DNA of 33,485 nucleotides, from positions 1-33,485 of the IMG/VR virus record IMGVR_UViG_3300037483_001022; one strand, 5' to 3'. The translations under genes were made by a program, and so were the position numbers. The notes beneath the pieces are model-generated. The model saw only the letters and a program-made list of their open reading frames with translations. It did not search any database and was not told the DNA's origin. Each line of letters opens with the position of its first letter. Position 1 is the stretch's first letter. This stretch comes from a virus (Duplodnaviria > Caudoviricetes). This document shows positions 26,250-33,485 of this stretch, piece by piece.

Positions 26250-27052
26250 CTCGGGCGGATCCTCGAATCATGGCCGATGCGGACCGGATCGTGGAGCGGC
26301 TGCGGACCACGCAGGTCACGCAGGCGGCCCTGATGCGGGAATACCGCTGCGGCCACGCGGCGTTGATGGCCGCAGTCCTGAGCCGGATCACGCGGGGGCC
26401 ATGGCGGCGGATCGCCCGGCAGAAGCTCGCCGCCGGCGGCCATGCGGGCCGGTTTCGCAAGGGCCACGCGACGTGGAACAAAGGCCGCAAAGGGCGCAGC
26501 TACCCCGGCTGCCGGGCCACCCAGTTTCGGCCCGGGGTTCTGCGGGGCCAGGCGGCCCGCAACTATCGTCCGGTCGGTACGATCCTGGTGTGCCCCGGCG
26601 ACCCGAAATGGTCGCGGCGTAAGCGCCAGCCGATGCGGCTGATCAAGGTGCGGGACGAGGGGAAAAAGTCCCGGCAGTGGATTCCATACGCCCGCCACCT
26701 GTGGCAGCAGGCGCATGGCCCGGTCCCGCCAGGCCGGTTCGTGGTGCACGCCAACGGCGATTCGATGGATGACCGGCTGGAGAACCTCATCCTGCTGGAC
26801 CGCCGCGAGCATATGCTCCGGCTGTATAGCCGGCCGCAGGTCATCGCCCGCTGCCGTGCTGCGGCGGCGAAGGCGACGAGGGGGCGCCATAGGATGTGCC
26901 GGATGAAGAAACAGGCCGGTCTGGTGGTCAAGGCTCGAAAGCCCCGCCGGACCATCTGGGAATGTGTGGGCTGCGGCGGGGAGTTCGCCGAGGCTGTGGC
27001 TCCGTGCCCCAAGTGCGGTGGTCTCGCGATGGAACGGAGGCAGATCGCATGA
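26246..27052 (+). CDS. HNH endonuclease with NUMOD3-like N-terminal motifs and C-terminal Zn ribbon
   Basis: RFRKGHATWNKG, TQFRPG, VVHANGDSMDDRLENL...EH, CVGC...CPKCG. Confidence 0.8.
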   Translation: MTRADPRIMADADRIVERLRTTQVTQAALMREYRCGHAALMAAVLSRITRGPWRRIARQKLAAGGHAGRFRKGHATWNKGRKGRSYPGCRATQFRPGVLRGQAARNYRPVGTILVCPGDPKWSRRKRQPMRLIKVRDEGKKSRQWIPYARHLWQQAHGPVPPGRFVVHANGDSMDDRLENLILLDRREHMLRLYSRPQVIARCRAAAAKATRGRHRMCRMKKQAGLVVKARKPRRTIWECVGCGGEFAEAVAPCPKCGGLAMERRQIA

Positions 27053-27116
27053 TTCGAGTTTTCGCGTATCTCTCGAAAACACCTTCAGCCACAGAGTTCG
27101 CAGAGGGCGAAGAGAA

Positions 27117-27362
27117 ATGAGATTCTGGACTGGCGTAATCATCGGTCTGTCGCTCGGGCTGTTGTGGCTTGAGTCGGTGTCCTCCTTGCTGGCTCTTCTC
27201 TGTGCTCTCTGTGCCCTCTGTAGCATATTGATTGTTCTCGGCGTAGTCGTGTACATTATTGAGTCGGCGCCCTCCTTGCGGGCTCTTCTCTGTGCTCTCT
27301 GTGCACTCTGTGGCTGCTTGATGGTTCTGCGCCCGTGGAAACCGGGGGGCGACGATGGATAG
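27117..27362 (+). CDS. Small membrane protein with internal duplication
   Basis: Hydrophobic; ALLCALCALC twice from a 40-bp direct repeat (27182-27221 / 27272-27311). Confidence 0.35.
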   Translation: MRFWTGVIIGLSLGLLWLESVSSLLALLCALCALCSILIVLGVVVYIIESAPSLRALLCALCALCGCLMVLRPWKPGGDDG

Positions 27363-28800
27363 GCTCTGTGGCTCGCTGCGATCGAGGGTTGGGGGTTGGA
27401 ATCGTGTGCGGCGGCGGCCCGCCTATGCGGGCCGTGCGCGCCAGTGGATGGATCGGTGGATGGCTAAGGAATCGAAGGCCAAACGGACAAGATCGGCGCC
27501 GTCCCCGGCGGCGGCGGTGACGGACAAGGCGAGGCATCGCTTCCCCTGGCCGGCGAACCCGGTCCAGCGGTACAGTGGGGACTCGCCCTGGCTGGCGGTG
27601 GTCAACGCGAGGGGTCCGTGGGGCGTTTGGCAGCACCGCAGGATCGCCCCCCCCTGGCTGCCGTGGTGCCGGTCGCTGTGGGCCAAGGCATTCTGGGAGC
27701 AGGCGGACGATGGGCTCAGGGTCTTCTGCTGGCGGATATGGCAGGCGGCGGCCGATGAGAGCGTATGGGGGATCATCTGGGGCGACCCGGTCCGGCTGTG
27801 CCGGTTATGGAGGTTCGAGCCGGCAGTGTTCAACGCCCGGCTGGAGGCGATGCTGGCCGCCGGGTTTTTGGCCTACCTGACCGATGCCGAGCGGGACGCC
27901 GCGATGACCTGGCGGCCGGGCAAGGCCGGATCGAACGGCGCACAGCACCCGGCGCACGGCGACAGTGGGGAAGGGGATTCTTATGTAGGGGGGGGTAGGG
28001 GGGGGTCTAATTCTGGGGTTGGGGCACAGATTACAGGGACAGAGACAGGAGACAGGGACAGAGAGAGAGACAGCGACAGCGACAGTGCACAGCAGGTTCC
28101 AGGTCTTCTTAGCGCGCGCAAGTCTTTGCAGGTTCCAGGTTCAGAGCCGACAGCGACAGAGACAGGTACAGGCACAGGGATAGACACAGGCACAGCGATA
28201 GCCACAGACACAGCACAGCATAGTGAGCAGGCACAGGCACAAGCCACAGAGCCTGCGAGCCTGCCGAAATCTGACCGGGTTCAGGAAGGGGCTATCCCAT
28301 GCCCTCAGCAGGGCCGCCAAGCGGGGCATCCGCCGAAATCTGACCACGGGGCCGGGCACGGGCCTCCTCGCACTACAGAGGGCGTGAGAGGCCCTCAGCA
28401 CAAAGCCCGGCCCCCGTCAGTTTCCCGGCCATCCCGCAGGCGGGGTGAACGTCTCGATGCCAGCCGGATCGGGGACGTGCTGGGATGGTGCAACCCGATG
28501 GCGGTCGATTTCGGGCGGGGGATGTACGAGGCGATCACGGGCCACGCCCCGCCGGCGGACCTGACGGCGGCGCCGGAGTCGGTCCGTGGCGATGTGGGGG
28601 TGTGGGTACACTACTGGGTGACCGAGGTCGAGCGGCTGTGCCCCGCTGGGCGGCTTCGGGAGTTCGCCGAGCGGTGTTATCGGGACGTGGCGAAGAAACG
28701 CAAGGTGCGGGGGATCAGAAACCTGGGTCGGGTGGCGCGGGCACGGATCGTGCCGGGCATCCTGGCCGCGATGGTTCGTGAAGGGGCAGGTGTGACATGA
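27355..28800 (+). CDS. Putative replication initiator/replisome organiser
   Basis: Helical N-domain, purine-rich TETGDRDRERDSD linker with internal direct repeats, separate C-domain; function inferred from architecture only. Confidence 0.45.
   Translation: MDRLCGSLRSRVGGWNRVRRRPAYAGRARQWMDRWMAKESKAKRTRSAPSPAAAVTDKARHRFPWPANPVQRYSGDSPWLAVVNARGPWGVWQHRRIAPPWLPWCRSLWAKAFWEQADDGLRVFCWRIWQAAADESVWGIIWGDPVRLCRLWRFEPAVFNARLEAMLAAGFLAYLTDAERDAAMTWRPGKAGSNGAQHPAHGDSGEGDSYVGGGRGGSNSGVGAQITGTETGDRDRERDSDSDSAQQVPGLLSARKSLQVPGSEPTATETGTGTGIDTGTAIATDTAQHSEQAQAQATEPASLPKSDRVQEGAIPCPQQGRQAGHPPKSDHGAGHGPPRTTEGVRGPQHKARPPSVSRPSRRRGERLDASRIGDVLGWCNPMAVDFGRGMYEAITGHAPPADLTAAPESVRGDVGVWVHYWVTEVERLCPAGRLREFAERCYRDVAKKRKVRGIRNLGRVARARIVPGILAAMVREGAGVT
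28249..28774 (+). repeat. Duplicated segment A (second copy 30137-30686)
   Basis: Long identical runs with scattered substitutions and a net 24-nt insertion in copy 2. Confidence 0.95.
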
Positions 28801-29036
28801 CGGAGATCATCGGGGCGGTGGCGGGTGTGCTGGCGGTGGCGGGCGTGGTGCTGAACAACCGCCGGCTGATCTGGTGTTTCCCGGTGTGGTTCGTCTCGAA
28901 CGGGATCTGCTGCGGCCTGCACGCCCACGCGGGACTCTGGTCGCTGGCGGCTCGGGACGCTGTGTTTTTGGTCCTGAGCGGCGAGGGCTGGTTTCGGTGG
29001 GGCAGAACATCGCCACAGAGGCGGGCAGAACAATGA
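28797..29036 (+). CDS. Small PnuC-like membrane protein, copy 1
   Basis: LAVAGVVLN...WCFPVWFVSN...GWFRW; 215 bp duplicated at 31213-31427. Confidence 0.7.
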   Translation: MTEIIGAVAGVLAVAGVVLNNRRLIWCFPVWFVSNGICCGLHAHAGLWSLAARDAVFLVLSGEGWFRWGRTSPQRRAEQ

Positions 29037-30700
29037 GCGACGAGGTGGCTGTCATGGACGATCAGACGGGGATTCCAGAGGAGAGTGCGGCCAACGTCCG
29101 GGAGGGGACCTTCTCGCTGAATCCACCACAGCAATACCGGCATACGGTTCTCGACCGATTCCCTCACGATCCGGGCGCATACACCCAAGGGCTCGTCTTT
29201 GAGGACGGCTTCCTGTACGAGGGTACGGGGCTCTACGGACGCTCCAGCCTGCGCAAGGTCGATCTGACGACCGGGATGGTCCTGCAGCGCCGCGACCTGC
29301 CCGCCAGCCACTTCGGCGAGGGCATCACGATCTTTGGCAATCGGATCATCCAACTGACGTGGCGGTCGCACGTCGGCTTCGTGTACGACAAGGATACCTT
29401 CGCTCTCCTGTCGCAGTTCCAGTATCCGACGGAGGGCTGGGGCCTGACCCACGACGGCGAGCATCTGATCCTGAGCGACGGGACCGCAACGCTTCACTTC
29501 CTCGACCCCAATACATTCGAGGAGGTCCATCGTCTGAGCGTATTCGACGCCGCCGGTCCCGTGGTCTACATCAACGAGTTGGAGTACATCAAGGGCTACA
29601 TCTACGCGAACATCTATCTGACGGATCGGATCGCGATCATCCACCCACGGACCGGCGCTGTGACCGCATGGATCAACCTGGCCGGCCTGGGACCCCATGC
29701 GGCCCAGACCGGCTACGTGCTCAACGGGATCGCATACGATGCGCAAGGCGACCGGCTCTTCGTCACCGGAAAGATGTGGCCTGAGCTTTCCCAGATCGAG
29801 CTGGTCATCCCCGCGTCGGGCGATCTCGTCCGAGACGACCACGTCGATCTGGCGGACTTCGCGGTCCTGGCCGCCGCCTGGCGCAACAACGATGGGGACG
29901 CCCAGTGGAATCCGCTGTGCGATCTCTCGCGCCTGCCGGACGGCGTCGTCGATCCACTGGATTTGGCTGCACTCGTCGAGTACTGGCTAAGAGACCCGGG
30001 CCTGGCGAGCGCAATGCAGATTCCAGATTCAGGCGCGCGCGAGCAAGAGCAAGAGCAAGAGCAAGAGCAAGCAAGCCAAGCAGAGCAAGCCAAGCCCAAG
30101 TCAAGCAAGTCAACCGGAGCACAGCAAGTCCCAAGCGAGCCTGCGAGCCTGCCGAAATCTGACCGGGTTCAGGAAGGGGCTATCCCAGACCCGCCGCAGG
30201 GCGGCAAACCGGGGCATCCGCCGAAATCTGACCACGGGGCCGGGCACGGGCCTCCTCGCACTACAGAGGGCGTGAGAGGCCCTACGCACAACGCCCGGCC
30301 CCCGTCAGTTTCCCGCCCTCGTGCCAGGCGGGCAGAACGTCTCGATGCCAGCCGGATCGGGGACGTGCTGGGATGGTGCAACCCGATGGCGGTCGATTTC
30401 GGGCGGGGGATGTACGAGGCGATCACGGGCCACGCCCCGCCGGCGGACCTGACGGCGGCGCCGGAGTCGGTCCGTGGCGATGTGGGGGTGTGGGTACACT
30501 ACTGGGTGACCGAGGTCGAGCGGCTGTGCCCCGCCGGGCGGCTGCGGGAGTTCGCCGAGCGGTGCTATCGCGACGTGTGTAAGAAGCGCAAGGTGCGGGG
30601 GATCATTAGCCTGGGCCGCGTGGCGAGAGGCAAGTCAGACGACCCAGACAAGCCGGGCATCGTGCCGGGCATCCTGGCCGCGATGGGCAAGACGGATTGA
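29033..30700 (+). CDS. Chimeric ORF: phage N-terminal peptide + glutaminyl-peptide cyclotransferase + dockerin-like repeat + phage replication-protein C-domain
   Basis: PHDPGAYTQGL, FGEGIT, QLTW, EGWGLT, SDGT, NELE, VLNGIAYD, VTGKMWP; GDL..D..VDLADFAVLA..W; last ~185 aa match the 27355 protein. Confidence 0.88.
   Translation: MSDEVAVMDDQTGIPEESAANVREGTFSLNPPQQYRHTVLDRFPHDPGAYTQGLVFEDGFLYEGTGLYGRSSLRKVDLTTGMVLQRRDLPASHFGEGITIFGNRIIQLTWRSHVGFVYDKDTFALLSQFQYPTEGWGLTHDGEHLILSDGTATLHFLDPNTFEEVHRLSVFDAAGPVVYINELEYIKGYIYANIYLTDRIAIIHPRTGAVTAWINLAGLGPHAAQTGYVLNGIAYDAQGDRLFVTGKMWPELSQIELVIPASGDLVRDDHVDLADFAVLAAAWRNNDGDAQWNPLCDLSRLPDGVVDPLDLAALVEYWLRDPGLASAMQIPDSGAREQEQEQEQEQASQAEQAKPKSSKSTGAQQVPSEPASLPKSDRVQEGAIPDPPQGGKPGHPPKSDHGAGHGPPRTTEGVRGPTHNARPPSVSRPRARRAERLDASRIGDVLGWCNPMAVDFGRGMYEAITGHAPPADLTAAPESVRGDVGVWVHYWVTEVERLCPAGRLREFAERCYRDVCKKRKVRGIISLGRVARGKSDDPDKPGIVPGILAAMGKTD
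30041..30070 (+). repeat. (GAGCAA)5 microsatellite encoding EQEQEQEQEQ
   Basis: Direct reading. Confidence 0.95.
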
Positions 30701-30715
30701 GTAAAGGGATGAAGT

Positions 30716-30916
30716 ATGGGGTGCAAACATCGATGGAAGATACTGTCTGACGTGATCTTGAAATCGGGCTACGAAGATGGGTTTCTCAACGGGCAGATAG
30801 GGAAAGTCAAGGGTGACGTGCGACCGGTTTTACAGAAAGTCCACTCACTCACGATTGTCTGTGAGTTTTGTGGACGTGTGAGGCATTACCGGGAGGCGAG
30901 TTTCACGAATGAGTGA
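30716..30916 (+). CDS. Small Cys-containing hypothetical protein
   Basis: CKH.W and CEFCG; lower GC. Confidence 0.55.
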   Translation: MGCKHRWKILSDVILKSGYEDGFLNGQIGKVKGDVRPVLQKVHSLTIVCEFCGRVRHYREASFTNE

Positions 30917-30934
30917 CTCAAAAGGAGACATGAG

Positions 30935-31210
30935 ATGTCGATGACTGCGGGACAATTCGCGAAACAGATTGGGGTGGACGTACGGGCTCTGCCGAATCTC
31001 ACGAGGCTCGACGCCTGGGGCAATTCGGGGATCACGGACGCGGGACTGTCGCACGTGCCGAATCTCACGAGGCTCGACGCCTGGGGCAATTCGGGGATCA
31101 CGGACGCGGGACTGTCGCACGTGCCGAATCTCACGGCGCTCTACGCCTGGGGCAATTCGGGGATCACGGACGCGGGCCAACGGATGGTGGCCGCGAGAAG
31201 GGGAGTTTGA
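30935..31210 (+). CDS. Mini leucine-rich-repeat protein (3 x 22 aa)
   Basis: AAAGGAG RBS; PNLTRLDAWGNSGITDAGLSHV repeats from a 66-bp tandem repeat at 30990-31176. Confidence 0.8.
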   Translation: MSMTAGQFAKQIGVDVRALPNLTRLDAWGNSGITDAGLSHVPNLTRLDAWGNSGITDAGLSHVPNLTALYAWGNSGITDAGQRMVAARRGV

Positions 31211-31464
31211 GCATGACGGAGATCATCGGGGCGATGGCGGGTGTGCTGGCGGTGGCGGGCGTGGTGCTGAACAACCGCCGGCTGATCTGGTGTTTCCCGG
31301 TGTGGTTCGTCTCGAACGGGATCTGCTGCGGTCTGCACGCCCACGCGGGTCTATGGTCGCTGGCGGCTCGGGACGCCGTGTTCCTGGTCCTGAGCGTCGA
31401 GGGCTGGTTTCGGTGGGGCAGAACATCACCAAGTTCACGAAGAAGAAGTGAAAGGGCGAAATGA
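31207..31464 (+). CDS. Small PnuC-like membrane protein, copy 2
   Basis: Near-identical to 28797-29036. Confidence 0.7.
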   Translation: MSMTEIIGAMAGVLAVAGVVLNNRRLIWCFPVWFVSNGICCGLHAHAGLWSLAARDAVFLVLSVEGWFRWGRTSPSSRRRSERAK

Positions 31465-31775
31465 TGGCAACAATCGAGTGGATCTCTGTAGACGACGTTC
31501 GTAAGCCGGATATTGCCGAGGGGGAGGAGTTCAGCGAGGATGTCTTGCTTCTGATCTGCGGGGAGGACAAGTATTGGTACGAACTCGGTTGTTGGTCCCG
31601 CGGTGGCCTCTTTGTACGCCACGACGACCCTGTGTGGTGTAGGGTCCGCTATTGGTCGCCGTTGCTCATTCCCGCCTTCCCGCCACGAAAGCAGCACCGC
31701 AAAGACCTGGCGGCGGTCGAAGCGGCTTTCGAGGCGGACGCGAAGGAATGTCGGCGAAAAGCGCCGCGGGGTTGA
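31461..31775 (+). CDS. Hypothetical protein (WISV-type phage family)
   Basis: EWISVDD.RKP...VLL...VRYWSPL..P. Confidence 0.55.
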   Translation: MMATIEWISVDDVRKPDIAEGEEFSEDVLLLICGEDKYWYELGCWSRGGLFVRHDDPVWCRVRYWSPLLIPAFPPRKQHRKDLAAVEAAFEADAKECRRKAPRG

Positions 31776-31779
31776 TTTC

Positions 31780-31992
31780 ATGGACGATCAGGCGGGGATT
31801 CCACAGGAGAGTGTGGCCGGCGGGCCGGAGGGGACCTTCGCGCAGGAGTGGACCTTCGCGACGAAGAGCCGGTGTCACTTTGCGGATTGCGAAAGTCTGG
31901 ATACCGAGCAAACCTCGACGCAAGGGCAGATCCAATACCGCAAGTGCCGCCGCTGCGGCCGGACGTACAAGGTGCTGGGATGGAAGGTTTGA
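31780..31992 (+). CDS. Small zinc-ribbon protein
   Basis: C....C and YRKCRRCGRTYK; first 21 codons duplicated at 29054-29117. Confidence 0.6.
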   Translation: MDDQAGIPQESVAGGPEGTFAQEWTFATKSRCHFADCESLDTEQTSTQGQIQYRKCRRCGRTYKVLGWKV

Positions 31993-32006
31993 GGGGAATA
32001 CAAGAC

Positions 32007-32423
32007 GTGAAACGAGAAAGAAAAACTTTTCAGGATTGGTTGGTAGAGCAAACTGACCTTTGCAAGAGAGCGACAGACGGTCCCTGGGAATTCACATTTC
32101 TTAGTGGAACCAAGAGGGAGACGGAAACACTATTGAAATCAGCGAAGACGATAGCAGATATTCAAGCTGGCAGCACTGTGTTCGGGCTTGATTCGAAGGA
32201 TAGGTGTGTCCTGCGTCTCAAGCCTTGCGATACCCCCAATCCCCTTTTGTCCGAGGATGCTGAATTCATCATGGAGGCTCGGCAATCATTGCCCAAGGCC
32301 ATAGAGATCATTCGGGCCATCATGGAGGCCGCGTGTTATGGAACCTACCGGGAGGACTTCATCCCGATCGCCGAGCGGATCATCAATCGCAAAGACGATG
32401 TCAAACACCATTCTCAGTCTTGA
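32007..32423 (+). CDS. Hypothetical protein (Ead/Ea22-like motifs)
   Basis: GAGGGG RBS; ATDGPW and DAEFIMEAR..LP; lower GC. Confidence 0.6.
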   Translation: MKRERKTFQDWLVEQTDLCKRATDGPWEFTFLSGTKRETETLLKSAKTIADIQAGSTVFGLDSKDRCVLRLKPCDTPNPLLSEDAEFIMEARQSLPKAIEIIRAIMEAACYGTYREDFIPIAERIINRKDDVKHHSQS

Positions 32424-32907
32424 TCCTTCGAGCACGGTCTGCGGCTACGCCGTGCTGCGGCGGGACAAGCGGCTCATGATGCACGGTCTGATCACGCCGG
32501 CGTGCCGGTCGGACGGGAGCTACGACCGGGTGATGGGGATGGCGGATGACCTGGGCAGTCTGCTCGACGAGGTCCGGCCGGGCGTGGTGCTGGTGGAGTG
32601 GACCAAGGGCAAGGTGGGCCGGCGGCATGGCGGGCTGGGCGCCGGCTTGGCGGTCTATGGCTGCGGGGTGGGCGGGCTGGCCCGCGAGGCGTATCGATGG
32701 TGCCGCGGGCACGCGGGCAGCGAGCTGGTCCCGGTGTTGGAGAACGATTGGACGCGGGGACAATCGAAGGAGGCCCGCACGCTGGCGGTGGCGGGTCTGT
32801 ACCCCCAGTACCGGCCCGGCGACGATCCGGGCGGGGATGCAGCCGATGCGATCGGGCTGGCGGTGTGGTGGCTGCGGGAGCGGATGATGTTGTTTACGGA
32901 AACGTAA
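32398..32907 (+). CDS. RuvC-like Holliday junction resolvase
   Basis: ILSLDPSSTVCGYAV, VVLVE, SKE, DAADAIGLA. Confidence 0.85.
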   Translation: MSNTILSLDPSSTVCGYAVLRRDKRLMMHGLITPACRSDGSYDRVMGMADDLGSLLDEVRPGVVLVEWTKGKVGRRHGGLGAGLAVYGCGVGGLAREAYRWCRGHAGSELVPVLENDWTRGQSKEARTLAVAGLYPQYRPGDDPGGDAADAIGLAVWWLRERMMLFTET

Positions 32908-33015
32908 AGTGGGGGATTGCCTCATCGGGCCTGAGCCCGCATGATGGCGGCGACAACTGAATACGCGGGTTCACCCGAGGGCCGGCCAGCCGGAGGGTGA
33001 CGCAAGGCGGATATC

Positions 33016-33056
33016 AAGGCATTCGGGTGCCCGAACATCCGAGTGCCTTTTTGTTT
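33016..33056 (+). terminator. Intrinsic terminator in the presumed late-gene leader
   Basis: 14-bp stem AAGGCATTCGGGTG / CATCCGAGTGCCTT followed by TTTGTTT. Confidence 0.7.
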
Positions 33057-33089
33057 GCGCCCGCCAAGAGGGACACATTGGAGTACACA

Positions 33090-33485
33090 GTGCCGAACGC
33101 CGCTCCAGTCTACCGACCTCATATCCTCGTCGGGTCACCCCGATCCTATAGCCCTGTTGTGTCACAAAGGCCCAGCGCGGCGGCTCGCGGCTACTCGGGC
33201 AAGCGGTGGCGTGGCACGGCCAAACAGGGCTACAGCGGGGGCCTTCGCGGGCGGGTGTTCCGTCGGGATGGCTATGTCTGTCAATTGTGCCATACGATGA
33301 CGATCCCTGGCCACCCGGACAAGGGCTTGCATCCCCACTGTGACCATATCGTGCCCAAGTCGCGGGGCGGCAGCGACGACCTAAGCAACCTGCAGACGGT
33401 GCACTGGTCCTGCCACAGCGGCAAGACAGCGGCCGAATCGAGGGGTAGGGGGGGCAAAAACACACCAGGCCCGACCGCAGGAGAC
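33090..33485 (+). CDS. Packaging-associated HNH endonuclease (HK97 gp74-like), runs off the window
   Basis: Not in the ORF track; my translation from GTG 33090 (GGAG RBS): RPSAAARGY..W...RVFRRDGYVCQLC...DHIVPKSRGGSDDLSNLQTVHWSCHSGKT. Confidence 0.88.
   Translation, partial: MPNAAPVYRPHILVGSPRSYSPVVSQRPSAAARGYSGKRWRGTAKQGYSGGLRGRVFRRDGYVCQLCHTMTIPGHPDKGLHPHCDHIVPKSRGGSDDLSNLQTVHWSCHSGKTAAESRGRGGKNTPGPTAGD

Larger units (their letters stand above)
1..33485. mobile_element. Temperate tailed phage (siphovirus-like) genome segment
   Basis: Tail-tip genes, tyrosine integrase next to a tRNA-derived att core, YopX, Gp37/68, RuvC, HNH and many short overlapping ORFs; no housekeeping operons. Confidence 0.93.

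Noticed and set aside
30990-31176. CRISPR array
   Set aside because: Contiguous 66-bp units with no spacers, in-frame LRR coding, no cas genes
28249-31843. Diversity-generating retroelement template/variable repeat pair
   Set aside because: Differences are not confined to adenines, include indels, and no reverse transcriptase is present

Overview
A GC-rich temperate tailed-phage genome segment, probably in its excised form because an attP-like site has phage genes on both sides. The host is inferred to be a planctomycete (Phycisphaerae-like), from a captured dockerin-tailed gene and the style of the short repeats. Left to right: tail-tip module (1-6729), a PAPS-reductase-family gene, a leftward early block (7666-11739) with a duplicated promoter element, a structured rightward leader, a conserved hypothetical gene followed by a ~380-nt structured RNA with two circularly permuted tRNA-like modules, an initiator tRNA-Met, a tyrosine integrase and attP (3' half of a CAT tRNA). 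A long rightward block follows: SLT-like lysin, metallopeptidase, PD-(D/E)xK nuclease, YopX, LuxR, Gp37/Gp68, a C5 methyltransferase with a nested second-frame subunit, HNH, a replication-like protein, a diverged duplication enclosing a host glutaminyl cyclase, a mini-LRR, RuvC and a packaging-type HNH at the right end. The best candidate for an undescribed system is the protein plus permuted-tRNA RNA locus at 13116-14237. All family calls come from motif recognition and hand alignment, not database searches.
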